A stretch of 64,000 nt of DNA from Dehalococcoidia bacterium (GTDB taxonomy: Bacteria > Chloroflexota > Dehalococcoidia > Lucifugimonadales > VXLM01). This document shows, piece after piece, positions 45,789 to 55,980 of this stretch (within the stretch, counting starts at the first letter, position 1; each line of letters begins with the position of its first letter). Under the pieces are notes generated by a model that did not search any database, had not been told where the DNA came from, and worked only from the letters and a program-made list of their open reading frames with translations. Position numbers and translations under genes: made by a program. The stretch covers positions 240,974 to 304,973 of the forward strand of contig CBDDPU010000004.1 of assembly GCA_965232435.1 (NCBI GenBank). Direction: 5' to 3'.

Positions 45789-45928
45789 GCGCCTATGCTA
45801 CCTCGCGTGGCGGGACGCCGGAATACGGCCCCGCCGCCCATTCCCGCCGGACAAGCGCAAGGCCCTCATCACTCGCCAAAAGATACCCTATCCCACCTCA
45901 AACAACAACGCGAAACAACACCCATCGA

Positions 45929-46419
45929 TATCCCCTCTCCCGTCGTGGGAGAGGATTAGGGCCTGCCCCGTACTTGATACGGGGGTGAGGGTGACTCCCC
46001 AACGCTAGGTGGCAAACTTCACCCGTCTCTCATAACTACGGGCGGTTTCGATATACAACGCCGACAACCCAACCCTGTTAGGTGTGGAGCGGAGGGAGCA
46101 GGCGCATAGTCCACTTTGGCTCCGATGATTCAGCGGGTGGATCACTTTGGATACACTCGTCCGAGGCAAATGAGAACCCGTCAACATACCGCCACGTAGA
46201 GAGCATTCCGTTCACCCTGAGCCTGTCGAAGGGTCGAACCGCCTTGCCTCATCTTTGCGTCCTCTCTGCGCCTTGTGGCGAATCCTCTTATCCCCTCTCC
46301 CGTCGTGGGAGAGGGCTAGGGTGAGGGCGTTTTGAGCACACTCCCGAAATCATATAGGAGAACAGGTACGAGGCAGTGCGACACTGCCCTTCACCATTCC
46401 AGCGAAAGCGGGAATTCAG
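45929..46419. repeat. Intergenic cluster of dispersed repeats (families 3, 2, 3, 1) around about 190 bp of unique sequence
   Basis: Family 3 at 45929-45994, family 2 at 46208-46240, family 3 at 46289-46328, and a family-1 variant at 46392-46419. Confidence 0.75.
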
Positions 46420-46431
46420 CGCCCAGACCAC

Positions 46432-47280
46432 TCACCCGTCACCCGTCCACCCACGACAGTTCGGCGTCGTCCCGCCGCCTCCCGTTGGTATGCACTTGCG
46501 GTTCTTGAGGTCGCTCTTGCCGGACTCTATTGCCGCCTTCACCTTTTCGACAACCTCCGCCGGAATCCACTGCGTCCACAGGTCTTCATGGTTCTTGAGG
46601 ACAATCAGCGTCGCCACGTTCGGATTTATCCCCAGCCTGCCCCCGGTGATCCGGGCCGCCGCCGAGTCGAATACCTCGTCGTGCGCCGTAATCGACCCCA
46701 GAAAGTCCACGATCTCCGGAGCGCGTTCCATCAGCCGCCCGTGCACGACAATCCGCGCGCCCGACTCCGACTCAACCATCGCCCCCATGTCTATCACAAC
46801 GCCATCCTCCGACCGCTCGGCCAGCCAGTCACCCAGGTCGGGGCTTGTCTGAAGCACAATATCCAACTCCCCCGTCTCTAGCAGCCCCGGATACTCATCA
46901 ACGCTCGTCTCCACCATCTCCACTGTGTAGTCGTAGCCGTACACGATGATGTACCCCGCCAGATGGTTGTCCAACTGAACTCGCTTGTCGTCCCATATCC
47001 CCATCCGCACCGTCCCCTCCGTCGGCTCGTACAACGCCTCGAGGTACGTGTCCGAGCGCTCCCGCGCGACCCGTTCCATCTCCTCAGCGGGTATTGGAGT
47101 CGGAGTCGGCTCATCGGGTGGGGGAGTCGGCGTCGGCGTAGCTGCCCGGGCGGTCGCCCGAGCTCCGAACACCAACGGGTCTTCCTGCTCCGGCGCGCAC
47201 GCGCTCAGGATGACAAACGCCGCGCCCGCTGCGGCTATGAAAAGAATCGCACTGCAAACCTTCGACTTACCCATGTTCAT
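46432..47280 (-). CDS. Lipoprotein, possibly an OpuAC/ProX-like substrate-binding domain
   Basis: Lipobox ILSAC and a Pro/Thr linker. The segment VRMGIWDD...GYDYTVEMVE...GELDIVLQ resembles the glycine-betaine-binding fold pattern. The assignment is tentative. Confidence 0.45.
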   Translation of the reverse strand: MNMGKSKVCSAILFIAAAGAAFVILSACAPEQEDPLVFGARATARAATPTPTPPPDEPTPTPIPAEEMERVARERSDTYLEALYEPTEGTVRMGIWDDKRVQLDNHLAGYIIVYGYDYTVEMVETSVDEYPGLLETGELDIVLQTSPDLGDWLAERSEDGVVIDMGAMVESESGARIVVHGRLMERAPEIVDFLGSITAHDEVFDSAAARITGGRLGINPNVATLIVLKNHEDLWTQWIPAEVVEKVKAAIESGKSDLKNRKCIPTGGGGTTPNCRGWTGDG

Positions 47281-47398
47281 CCTCCTCTCGCCATGCGACG
47301 ACTCGGTTTAGGATGACGGCTGTCCGTTGCCGACAGTCTAGGAACCATTGCCCGCAGGTGTCAACCGTCGCCGCCCCATCATCCCGCCCTGAGCTAAG

Positions 47399-47452
47399 CC
47401 CGTTCGTGCCGAGCATCACTCCCCTGAGCCGGTGGAAGGGTCGAACCACAAG
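47399..47452. repeat. Family-2 dispersed repeat
   Basis: CCCGTTCGTGCCGAGCATCACTCCCCTGAGCCGGTGGAAGGGTCGAACC. Confidence 0.6.
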
Positions 47453-47477
47453 TATCCCCTCGACAGGCCCCAGACCC

Positions 47478-48734
47478 TCATCTTTGCTCGCGCAAGTTCA
47501 CCGGCGACCCAATCCGCCGAAGCCCGACAATCGCCACCGCCGCCAGCGCTCCCAGAGCCGAAAACGCGAACACCCACCCATAGTCCCCTCCCCCCGCATC
47601 AAGGATACCCCCGAAGAGTATCGGGCCCATCACTCCTCCGAAAAGTCCGAGCGAGGCCTGAAGCGCCATCGTCGACCCTAGTCTCGACGGATCCGCAACC
47701 TCCGTGATGCCCGTTTGATATATCGCCGAATCCGCCGAGGCCGCCCATCCGAAAACCACGCAAAGCGCCACGATTAACCCCCATGGCCAGTGCCCGATCC
47801 AGGCCATCCCAAAAGCGCACACTGCCGACAGCCCCAGTATCACCGACGCCGCCGTCGCGCGCCCCAGACGATCCGATATCGCCCCTCCCATCACCGGCCC
47901 CAACGCACCGAACGCCAGCGCCACCCCCCCAACCTCAGCCGCCGCTACTATCGCCCTGTCCTCACCCATACCCCTCGCGATCAAGATCGTCGCCAAAAAC
48001 ACCGGCAGCCAGACTCGAAGCGCATACAAATTTAGCGCGTGAACCGTATACCCCAGTATCACGAAGCGCACCGACCCACGCTTCAACACCGTCAGATCCA
48101 TGCTCCCACGAGATTCTCCCGACGGCGCGTCGCTCACCGATCGGGTCAATAAGAAGATTAACGGCAAACCCACCGCCGACAATCCCGCCACAAGACCGTA
48201 TGCCTCCCGCCATTCCATCGACGCCAACAGCCACCCCGTCAGCGCAAGCGATCCACTGTGAGAAGCATACTGCGCCGTTACGAACAACCCCATCGCCGAG
48301 CCTCTTCCGCTCTTCGTAAACCGCCGAGCAACCAGCCGAAGCCCGGGTATATACACTCCCAGGAATCCCACGCCGGCAAGCGCGCGAAGAACCGCTCCCA
48401 CAACCACGTCGTGCGCCGCCAGGGGAAACAGCAAGTTCGCCCCCACCGACAGAACCGCCGACACGTATATGATCCGCTTCAGCCCGAACCGATCGCTCAA
48501 CGGAACCAAATACAGCGCCGACGCCGCATACCCCGCCAAGTACGCTGAAAACAGCGCGCCCGCCCCCGCATTGCTCAGCCCAAGTTCGTCCCTGATCGAC
48601 GACAGCGCCGCAACGTAGCTCGCTATCGGAAGCAGCAGCGCAAAAAGTGATATCGAGAACAGGGCGAGCCATACAACACCGCCCGATCCCGCCTCATCCG
48701 CCGTCTCAATCCCCTCGGGCGTAGTTGCCGGCAA
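47478..48734 (-). CDS. MFS transporter
   Basis: About 12 predicted hydrophobic helices and the MFS motif-A-like PLSDRFGLKR. Confidence 0.75.
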   Translation of the reverse strand: MPATTPEGIETADEAGSGGVVWLALFSISLFALLLPIASYVAALSSIRDELGLSNAGAGALFSAYLAGYAASALYLVPLSDRFGLKRIIYVSAVLSVGANLLFPLAAHDVVVGAVLRALAGVGFLGVYIPGLRLVARRFTKSGRGSAMGLFVTAQYASHSGSLALTGWLLASMEWREAYGLVAGLSAVGLPLIFLLTRSVSDAPSGESRGSMDLTVLKRGSVRFVILGYTVHALNLYALRVWLPVFLATILIARGMGEDRAIVAAAEVGGVALAFGALGPVMGGAISDRLGRATAASVILGLSAVCAFGMAWIGHWPWGLIVALCVVFGWAASADSAIYQTGITEVADPSRLGSTMALQASLGLFGGVMGPILFGGILDAGGGDYGWVFAFSALGALAAVAIVGLRRIGSPVNLREQR

Positions 48735-48808
48735 GAGCCGCGTCCTTTCTCCAACCCAGCCGAAACGTGAATTGTCCGGCCTTCATTTCACTACGGCAAA
48801 CCGCCACG

Positions 48809-49453
48809 TCAATTCCCCGCGCGGATCTCCTCCATCAGGCGACGCGCTATCGATAAATACTCCTCATCCTGCGTCACCTCCAGCGACCGTTCCAAATCGC
48901 GCAAAGCCCGCTCCGTCTCACCGATAACATCGAACAGCCGCGCCCGCTCTATATAATGCCGCGCTTCAAACGGCCGAATCTCGATCAAATCCGACAAGTC
49001 CTCTAACGCCGATTCAACGTTCCCGTCCTGAATGTTCACCTGCGCACGATAATAATATGCCTCCGCAAGCTCCGGATCGAGCCGAACGGCCTCCGTGAAG
49101 CTCAAAATCGCCGCCTCCACCTCGCCCAGCGACATGAACGCTTGTCCTCGCAAGCTATGCGCCTCGGGGTGAACGTCCACCAGACGCAACGCCAGGTCAA
49201 CACTCGTCATCGCCGCCCGAGGACTCCCTGTCTGCAATAGCATCCGCCCATGCGCCACATACGCATCGGTAAACAATCGATCCAATCGGATCGCCTTTGA
49301 ATACTCATCCAGCGCCCGTCGATAACTCGCATTCGCCTCATACTCCCGCCCGCGCTCATAGTGCCCACGCGCAAGCTCCGCCTCCGTCGCGCCAAAGCAC
49401 CCAACCAGCGCCACAACCACCATGAACCCAAGAATTGTCCTAACCGGTTTCAT
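48809..49453 (-). CDS. TPR-repeat lipoprotein
   Basis: Lipobox LVGCFG. Repeated 34-aa TPR units (YRRALDEYSKAIRLD, AILSFTEAVRLDPELAEAYYYRA). Confidence 0.75.
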   Translation of the reverse strand: MKPVRTILGFMVVVALVGCFGATEAELARGHYERGREYEANASYRRALDEYSKAIRLDRLFTDAYVAHGRMLLQTGSPRAAMTSVDLALRLVDVHPEAHSLRGQAFMSLGEVEAAILSFTEAVRLDPELAEAYYYRAQVNIQDGNVESALEDLSDLIEIRPFEARHYIERARLFDVIGETERALRDLERSLEVTQDEEYLSIARRLMEEIRAGN

Positions 49454-49501
49454 ACTCCTCGCCCACTGTCATGCCCACGAAACGGAGACCTTTCCAAAAC
49501 C

Positions 49502-49528
49502 GTCATTCCGGCGAAGGCCGGAATCCAG
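49502..49528. repeat. Family-1 hairpin repeat GTCATTCCGGCGAAGGCCGGAATCCAG
   Basis: It is identical over 27 nt to the copy at 24778-24804. Confidence 0.8.
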
Positions 49529-49617
49529 AATTGTCGAGCACGGCTTCGATTCTGCCCGTAGTTCGCAACTTGCTAGGCGTGCTAATGAGTTATGCAAAGG
49601 TCTGCGAAACGCGGGAA

Positions 49618-50769
49618 CTACTCACGCCCCAGCCCCGCCAGCGCCGCTGCCAGATTATCCACCTCCTCCTCAAGGGCAAAATACGGAATCGAAACTCGCA
49701 GTTCATCATCTCGGCCACTGACCAGGATGCGATGCTCCTCCCAGAGCCGATTCGTCAAGTCGCGCGCGTCAATGCCAACGTCAAACGTCGATATCCCCGT
49801 GCTCCGGACCGGATCCATCGGTGTCCTGAGCGCAAACCCCGGCATGTCGGTCACCCGCCGGCGAAGCATGTCAGCCAACTTCCAACTGCGCGCCGCTATG
49901 TTCTCGATGCCAACTTCCTCCGCCATGGATATCGCCGTAGAAAGTGCACCGAAAACCGCCTTGTCCCGCGTCCCAAACTCAAACTTCGCCGCCGTCGTCA
50001 GCGCCTCGAACTCATACGTATCGTGATCCCAAGTCGGCGCGCTGCTCGCCCCGATCCAAGTAATCTCAAGATTGTCCAACTGCTCGGCATCCACATACAA
50101 AAACCCCGTTCCCTGCGGAGCCAGCAGCCACTTGTGCCCACACCCTGAATAAAAGTCGCAGCCCAGCTCCTTCACGTCGACGGGTATGAGTCCCACCGCG
50201 TGCGCCCCATCCAGCAGGACGGGAACGTCTCGCTCATGAGCCGCGTCGGCAACCTCGCGCGCAGGCAGCACAAACCCCGTCCGCGTCGAAACATGGCTCA
50301 TGCATAGCAACTTCGTCCGCGACGTGATCAGTTCGCCAAGCCGCTCCACAATCCCGCCCGTCTCATACGGCGCAAGCGTCAGCTGCCGGACGACAACTCC
50401 CCGACGTCTCGCTAAATTCATCCACGGCAGCGACCCTGCCGGATGCTCTTCGTCCGTCACGATCACTTCGTCCCCCGGCTCCCAGTCAATCCCCGTAGCC
50501 ACGATATTGATACCCTCCGACACATGCCGCGTCAGAGCGATCTCCTCCGCGCACGCCCCCAACAGCCGCGCAACATCCACCCGCGCCCACTCATACACCC
50601 GCTCAATCTCCTCCATGACTTCCTTCGACAGCGTCCCACGCTCCTCAATGAATCGCGCCATCCGCACGACCTCATCAGTCACCGGCGTCGACTTCGGGCC
50701 ATAGCTCATGTTCAAGTAGCTGCAATGCTTCAGTCCCGGAATTTGGTTGCGTATCTCGTCAATATTCAC
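49618..50769 (-). CDS. Class V aminotransferase-fold PLP enzyme (cysteine desulfurase / epimerase-like)
   Basis: DGAHAVG and the PLP-lysine context SGCGHKWLLAPQGTGFLY. 383 aa. Confidence 0.8.
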   Translation of the reverse strand: MNIDEIRNQIPGLKHCSYLNMSYGPKSTPVTDEVVRMARFIEERGTLSKEVMEEIERVYEWARVDVARLLGACAEEIALTRHVSEGINIVATGIDWEPGDEVIVTDEEHPAGSLPWMNLARRRGVVVRQLTLAPYETGGIVERLGELITSRTKLLCMSHVSTRTGFVLPAREVADAAHERDVPVLLDGAHAVGLIPVDVKELGCDFYSGCGHKWLLAPQGTGFLYVDAEQLDNLEITWIGASSAPTWDHDTYEFEALTTAAKFEFGTRDKAVFGALSTAISMAEEVGIENIAARSWKLADMLRRRVTDMPGFALRTPMDPVRSTGISTFDVGIDARDLTNRLWEEHRILVSGRDDELRVSIPYFALEEEVDNLAAALAGLGRE

Positions 50770-50860
50770 GTGAATCTCCAGCGTTCAGGATGCCCAATCT
50801 CGGCGGCGCATATTGAAACATACGCGCGCGGGCGTCGCAATCCAAGCATCACCCAACACC

Positions 50861-50889
50861 GTGACCTCCGCCCGTTCCTCACGTATAAT
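50861..50889 (+). promoter_or_regulatory. Candidate sigma70-type promoter for the downstream MFS gene
   Basis: GTGACC, a 17-nt spacer, then TATAAT. The -10 box ends 37 nt upstream of the ATG at 50926. Confidence 0.35.
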
Positions 50890-50925
50890 GCCTGTGCCTT
50901 CTCAACAACCCTCGTCAACCGGCCT

Positions 50926-52167
50926 ATGAACCCCGATCAACCCAACCACGACATAACTCGCGGACGCGCGTACATGGCTGCCGCCATCATGGTTGGGCAC
51001 ATGATGAAGCACCTTTACAACTCCGGCTTCTCCAAGCTCATCCTCCCCGAAATCAAAGTCGAACTGAACCTCAGCTTCGCCCGGTTCGGATGGCTAGGGA
51101 CGGCACAAGCTCTCGCGTGGTGGCTCGCAACCATGCTCGGAGGATACCTCGGCGACCGCTTCACCGGACGGACCGCCATCTTCCTGGGACTCACGCTCGC
51201 CCTCATCGGCTTCTCGCAGGTTGTCGTCGGATTCGTGAACAACTACTGGATCCTGCTTGCCGCCATGCTGCTCATCGGCGGCGCGCCGGCCATGTTCCAC
51301 CCCTTCGCCATCGGGGAACTCTCCCGACGCTTCCCCGACCGTCGCGGTTTCGCCGTATCCCTCCACGGCATGGGCGGAATGACCGGCGAAGTACTCGGCC
51401 CCCTCGCCATCGCCGCCGTGTTGAGTTTCCTCATGTGGCGCGACGTCCTGAAGCTCAGCTTCTTCCCCGCCATCCTCATTGGCTTCACTATCTGGATCGT
51501 CCTCCGTTCCCTCCCCCGCATGAAGCCGCAAGCCGGATCACGCAAGGAGTACTTCGCTTCCATGGGCGCGCTCCTCCGCAACCCCATGCTGATGCTCCTA
51601 GTCGCCTCGACCGCAATCCGCGGAGTCGGCGAGAGCGCCGTAGAGGCCTTCCTCCCCGTCTACCTCAAGGAAACACTCGAGTTCAGCGACCGAAACATCG
51701 CACTGGTGTTTTCCGGAGCGCAGGTCGTCGGCCTAATCTCCCAACCGGTGATGGGCTTCCTCTCCGACCGAGTCGGGCGCAAAGTTGTCCTCATGACCGC
51801 CACCGCAAGCCTCGGAATCCTTTCGCTGCTGCTCAGCGTCGCCGATCCCGTCATCCAAGTCGTACTCATCATCCTTGCAAAGGGCGCCTTTAAATTCTCT
51901 CTGCACCACATCTTCATCGCGGCGGCCATCGACACGTCGAAGGGCGAGGCTCAGTCCACCGTCACCTCATTCATGTACGGCGCGGGACTGCTCGGAATAT
52001 TTTCGCCCGCCGTCGCCGGCGCCATATCCGACGCCTACGGCATCCACGCCGCATTCACCTTCGGCGGCGTGCTAACGCTCTTCGCCCTAGCCGTACTGGT
52101 CCGCTACCGGGCGCCGGCGCCCGGCTCGCTGGAGGAGGCAGCCGAGTCCGTTAACGACCGATCATGA
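50926..52167 (+). CDS. MFS transporter
   Basis: Motif A GGYLGDRFTGRTAIF and 12 hydrophobic helices. The first 160 codons of the 50443 ORF are antisense to the aminotransferase and are rejected. Confidence 0.75.
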   Translation: MNPDQPNHDITRGRAYMAAAIMVGHMMKHLYNSGFSKLILPEIKVELNLSFARFGWLGTAQALAWWLATMLGGYLGDRFTGRTAIFLGLTLALIGFSQVVVGFVNNYWILLAAMLLIGGAPAMFHPFAIGELSRRFPDRRGFAVSLHGMGGMTGEVLGPLAIAAVLSFLMWRDVLKLSFFPAILIGFTIWIVLRSLPRMKPQAGSRKEYFASMGALLRNPMLMLLVASTAIRGVGESAVEAFLPVYLKETLEFSDRNIALVFSGAQVVGLISQPVMGFLSDRVGRKVVLMTATASLGILSLLLSVADPVIQVVLIILAKGAFKFSLHHIFIAAAIDTSKGEAQSTVTSFMYGAGLLGIFSPAVAGAISDAYGIHAAFTFGGVLTLFALAVLVRYRAPAPGSLEEAAESVNDRS

Positions 52168-53368
52168 CCGGCTCGCGCTGGATAGCAGTCGTCACCACTG
52201 GCCCGTCCTCCGAGATGTAGACGTCGATCTCCGACCGGACTCCGAACTCGCCCGGCAGATAAATGCCCGGCTCGATTGACGTCGCTATGCCGGGTATGAG
52301 TCTCCGTGTGTCGTGAGTCTCCCAACTGTCGAGATTGACCGCGTTGCCGTGCACCTCCCGCCCGATGCTGTGGCCCAGCCGGTGGCTGAATCGCTCCCCG
52401 TATCCAGCCCTGGCAATGTGCTCCCGAGCCACCTTGTCGATCTCCCAGCCCCGCGGCCTGCGACCGCGCTCGAAATGCTCCGCGATCGCCGCCACGGCGG
52501 CGTCACGCGCCCCGACGACCACCCCGAACACTTCCCGATGCTGGGACGGCGCGACATCGCCCACGTACCCCGTCCACGTGATGTCCGCGTACATGTTCTC
52601 CTCGCCTTCCATCCGCGCCCACAGGTCGATGAGCACCCAGTCACCCGGCCCAATAACGCGCGTATTCTCCGGTGTCGGGTCGAAATGCGGGTCGGCCCCG
52701 TGCTCGTTCACTGCCACGATAGGCCCGTCCGGCGCTTCCATCCCCTCTTCCCGAAACCTCGAGCGAATAAACTCCGCCACGTTGTACTCCGTCGGACGAA
52801 CCGAGAGTCGTTCACCAATGTGGCGGAAGGCTTCTTGGACGATGCAGTCGAGCCTGCCGGCGGCTTCCCGGTGCGACGCAAGATCGACCGCACCCCATCG
52901 CTGGGTTGCGTATTGCACGGTGTCCGCCGAGGAGACGACCTCGACCCCAAAGCTTCTCACCATCTCCACCGTTCCCGCGTCGACCCACGATACTCGGGGC
53001 AACGCTCCGTCCGGCGAATACTCCATAGCCACAACCCGCGCCCCGCGCAGCAGTTCGCGAAGTCGGTCTGTCATCTGAGACCGGCTCACCCACAATCGAG
53101 TCTCCAGGCCGAGCCGACCAAAACGCCCCTGGTCCACGTAGGACACCAGCAGTTTCGGCTCGCCTGACGCCGGCGCCCAAAGCCAGCAAGGCCGCGTGAC
53201 GTTCGCAATCGCGCCGACGGTATCGGCAAAAATGGGATTCATCCCCCGATAGTCGTACAACAGCCACCCGTCGATCTCCTCCGACGACAGATGTTCACGA
53301 GCGTCTCGGAGCTTGGTTTCGAGGGAGTGTGGGGAGGTCATTGCGGCAGTGGTTGTGCGGTGCATCAT
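52151..53368 (-). CDS. M24-family Xaa-Pro aminopeptidase
   Basis: Pita-bread metal ligands in context (DITWTG, HRLGHSIG, SIEPGIY, RSEIDV). The start is uncertain (53368, 53365 or 53341), and the ORF upstream of 53415 overlaps hepT. Confidence 0.8.
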   Translation of the reverse strand: MMHRTTTAAMTSPHSLETKLRDAREHLSSEEIDGWLLYDYRGMNPIFADTVGAIANVTRPCWLWAPASGEPKLLVSYVDQGRFGRLGLETRLWVSRSQMTDRLRELLRGARVVAMEYSPDGALPRVSWVDAGTVEMVRSFGVEVVSSADTVQYATQRWGAVDLASHREAAGRLDCIVQEAFRHIGERLSVRPTEYNVAEFIRSRFREEGMEAPDGPIVAVNEHGADPHFDPTPENTRVIGPGDWVLIDLWARMEGEENMYADITWTGYVGDVAPSQHREVFGVVVGARDAAVAAIAEHFERGRRPRGWEIDKVAREHIARAGYGERFSHRLGHSIGREVHGNAVNLDSWETHDTRRLIPGIATSIEPGIYLPGEFGVRSEIDVYISEDGPVVTTAIQREPVMIGR

Positions 53369-53414
53369 GCCGGGTCGAGGCAGATTGATCGCGGACTGAA
53401 TATGGTGAATATGA

Positions 53415-53726
53415 TCATGTCCGTTCAGAGTCAAGCAGGCGTTGCAGTTTGGAAAGCAGGCCGGGAACATCGGTCTGAATAATGTCCCACAGAACGTCAT
53501 CGTCTAAGCCCATGTATCCATGAGCTACGCGGTTCCTTGCTCCAACGATGCTCCGCCATTCAATCTCAGGGTGGGACTCGCACACATCGCCCGGAACGTG
53601 TGTCGCCGCTTCTTCAATCAGTTCGATATTTCGCAGGGTAGCGTCGTAAGTGAGACCATCGGCTATGAACTCATTCTGATCCAGGCCTTTCGTATAGGAC
53701 AAAACCTTTTCTCCGAACTCGATCAT
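53415..53726 (-). CDS. hepT: HepT (DUF86) toxin, HEPN ribonuclease
   Basis: The Rx4HxY HEPN motif RNRVAHGY sits in a typical DUF86 context. It lies immediately downstream of mntA. Confidence 0.8.
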   Translation of the reverse strand: MIEFGEKVLSYTKGLDQNEFIADGLTYDATLRNIELIEEAATHVPGDVCESHPEIEWRSIVGARNRVAHGYMGLDDDVLWDIIQTDVPGLLSKLQRLLDSERT

Positions 53727-53769
53727 ATCTCCGACATAGAAGCGCCAATGCCGAGTCTCATCGCAGAAA

Positions 53770-54060
53770 TCACACCTTGACTGCCTCGCGCTCCACGTAT
53801 GGACGCAATTCCGACCGCAACGCCTTGTGAGTCACGAGATCGACCCTGCGGCGGAGCAGGTCTTCTAGATAGAACTGCACTCCGAAGTACGACTTTGACG
53901 TAGCTGGCCCATCGTATCGAACCAAAACATCCACGTCGCTCCGCTCGGTAGCCTGGTCCCGGGCGAAAGAGCCAAACAGGGCGAGTTCAGTCACGCCAAA
54001 TCGCTCAGCGAGCGTTGGCTTGTGCGTTCGGAGTATCTCAATGACTTCGGCTCGGTTCAT
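53770..54060 (-). CDS. mntA: MntA nucleotidyltransferase antitoxin
   Basis: The minimal NTase motifs are LFGSFARD (GSxxR) and SDVDVLV (DxD). The start is taken at MNRAEVIE. Confidence 0.8.
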   Translation of the reverse strand: MNRAEVIEILRTHKPTLAERFGVTELALFGSFARDQATERSDVDVLVRYDGPATSKSYFGVQFYLEDLLRRRVDLVTHKALRSELRPYVEREAVKV

Positions 54061-54174
54061 TTCCCCCCTCCGTGCCTCATTCCTTGAGTCCAGCATATGC
54101 CACGACACTCCTCCACACCCACCCCGCCCCGTAATCCTAATTCAGTAGCCGCTTTGATACAATGCACCCTCACC

Positions 54175-55725
54175 ATGTCAATTCCCATCGTCGAACGGGC
54201 CGAGTCCTTCACCACGCGACGGGCAATCGTCGCGCCTGAAGGGACGTTCTCCTACGGTGACTTGCTTACCGCGTCGGAACGAGTGGCGGCGAAGCTGCTG
54301 GACGGAAGGGATGACCTCCAAGCCGCGCGGGTCGTGTTCCTCGTGCCGGGAGGCTTCCAATACGTTGCTATGCAGTGGGCTATCTGGCGGGCGGGCGGTA
54401 TCGCCGTGCCGCTCGCCCTCTCCGAAACCGACCGCGAAATCCGGTACAAAATCGACGATACCGAGCCCGCTATCCTGATCGCGCATACCGACTATGCCGA
54501 CACGCTCCGACCCGTCGCCGAGGAGAGAGGGGCTCGTTTCTTTATCACGACCCAGTTGCTCGACGACAACCGGAAGGCCCCCTTGCCTAAAGTCGACCCC
54601 GAACGAGCAGCAATGATCCTCTACACGAGCGGCACAACGTCCGACCCAAAGGGCGTGGTTACGACTCACCGAAACGTCACAGCCCAAATTACGAGCCTTG
54701 TCGCGGCGTGGGACTGGTCACCCGACGACTACATCCTCAATCATCTCCCACTCCATCACGTGCACGGCATCATCAACGCCATGTCCTGCGCCCTCTGGGT
54801 CGGGGCCACGTGCGAGCTTCTCCCCCGATTCGACGCCGATCTGGTCTGGTCACACATCATCAACCGAGAACTCACCTTATACATGGCCGTACCGACGGTC
54901 TACAAGGCGCTCATCGCTGCATGGGAGTCGGCTCCCCGCGAGTGGCGCGATGAGGCGACGGCGGCTTGTTCCGGCCTGCGTCTCATGGTGTCCGGCTCCG
55001 ATGCTCTACCGGTCGACACGTTTGAACGTTGGGAAGAGATATCGGGACACCGCCTCCTCGAACGCTACGGAATGACCGAGATCGGGATGGCGCTGTCTAA
55101 TCCACTCCATGACGAGCGCATTCCCGGTCATGTCGGCGCCCCCCTTCCGGGTGTCGAAGTAAGGCTGGCAGATCTCAATATCGCCGACTTTGAGGAAACC
55201 GGCGAGCGTCGCTACGGAGACGCCGATATCAGACTAAACCGCCCCGGCGAGTTGCAGGTGAAAGGCCCCGGAGTCTTTCGGGAGTATTGGCGGAAACCCC
55301 AAGCCACTCGCGAAACTTTCTCTGATGACGGATGGTTCCTGACCGGCGATATCGCGTCCGTGAACGAAGACGGGGCCTACCGCATCTGGGGACGCGCATC
55401 GCAAGACCTCATCATCTCCGGTGGCGAGAACGTCTCCGCTCTCGAAGTCCAGCGCGAACTGCTCATGCATCCCGAAATCGATGAGTGCGCGGTCGTTGGC
55501 GTCAAGGACCCGTTCTGGGGCGCCGCCGTCTCCGCGGCGGTTATCAGGCGAAATGGGAGCGCGTTGGATAGGGAAACTCTCCGCGAGTGGGCAAAAGGAC
55601 GACTCGCCCCCTACAAAGCTCCCCAGCGAGTGCTCTTCGTCAACGAACTGCCCCGCAACGCCATGGGCAAGACAGTAAAGCCAAAGGTCCGCGCCCTGTT
55701 CAAGCAAGCGCCCATTAGACCATGA
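54175..55725 (+). CDS. AMP-forming acyl-CoA synthetase/ligase
   Basis: AMP-binding motif ILYTSGTTSDPKGV, TGD (FLTGDIA) and a C-terminal lysine context (NAMGKTVK). The start is taken at the ATG at 54175. Confidence 0.85.
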   Translation: MSIPIVERAESFTTRRAIVAPEGTFSYGDLLTASERVAAKLLDGRDDLQAARVVFLVPGGFQYVAMQWAIWRAGGIAVPLALSETDREIRYKIDDTEPAILIAHTDYADTLRPVAEERGARFFITTQLLDDNRKAPLPKVDPERAAMILYTSGTTSDPKGVVTTHRNVTAQITSLVAAWDWSPDDYILNHLPLHHVHGIINAMSCALWVGATCELLPRFDADLVWSHIINRELTLYMAVPTVYKALIAAWESAPREWRDEATAACSGLRLMVSGSDALPVDTFERWEEISGHRLLERYGMTEIGMALSNPLHDERIPGHVGAPLPGVEVRLADLNIADFEETGERRYGDADIRLNRPGELQVKGPGVFREYWRKPQATRETFSDDGWFLTGDIASVNEDGAYRIWGRASQDLIISGGENVSALEVQRELLMHPEIDECAVVGVKDPFWGAAVSAAVIRRNGSALDRETLREWAKGRLAPYKAPQRVLFVNELPRNAMGKTVKPKVRALFKQAPIRP

Positions 55726-55761
55726 AAGAACTGCCGCCTAACCCATTCCCGTAGAAACACT

Positions 55762-55977
55762 ATGAGTAAGAACCACATCGACGAGATTGACATCGACCTT
55801 CGGATCGCCATGCTAAAACACTGGTACGGCGACCTACTCTCGGAAGAACAGTGGCGAGAGGTCCGCCAAGGCGTGCGAGAGGAACTCATAGAAGTCGCGG
55901 ACGCCCTCCGTGAAGTGGATCTGGCGTACGACGACGAACCTTTCCCGCTCTTTACGCCCTATCGGGGCGAGGACTAG
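55762..55977 (+). CDS. Small (71 aa) helical protein, possibly an AtzG/GatC-like partner of the downstream amidase
   Basis: The stop lies 3 nt before the amidase start. The size and the C-terminal L.YDDEPFPLFTP resemble my recollection of the AtzG-like (DUF4089) family. Confidence 0.4.
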   Translation: MSKNHIDEIDIDLRIAMLKHWYGDLLSEEQWREVRQGVREELIEVADALREVDLAYDDEPFPLFTPYRGED

Positions 55978-55980
55978 CCG

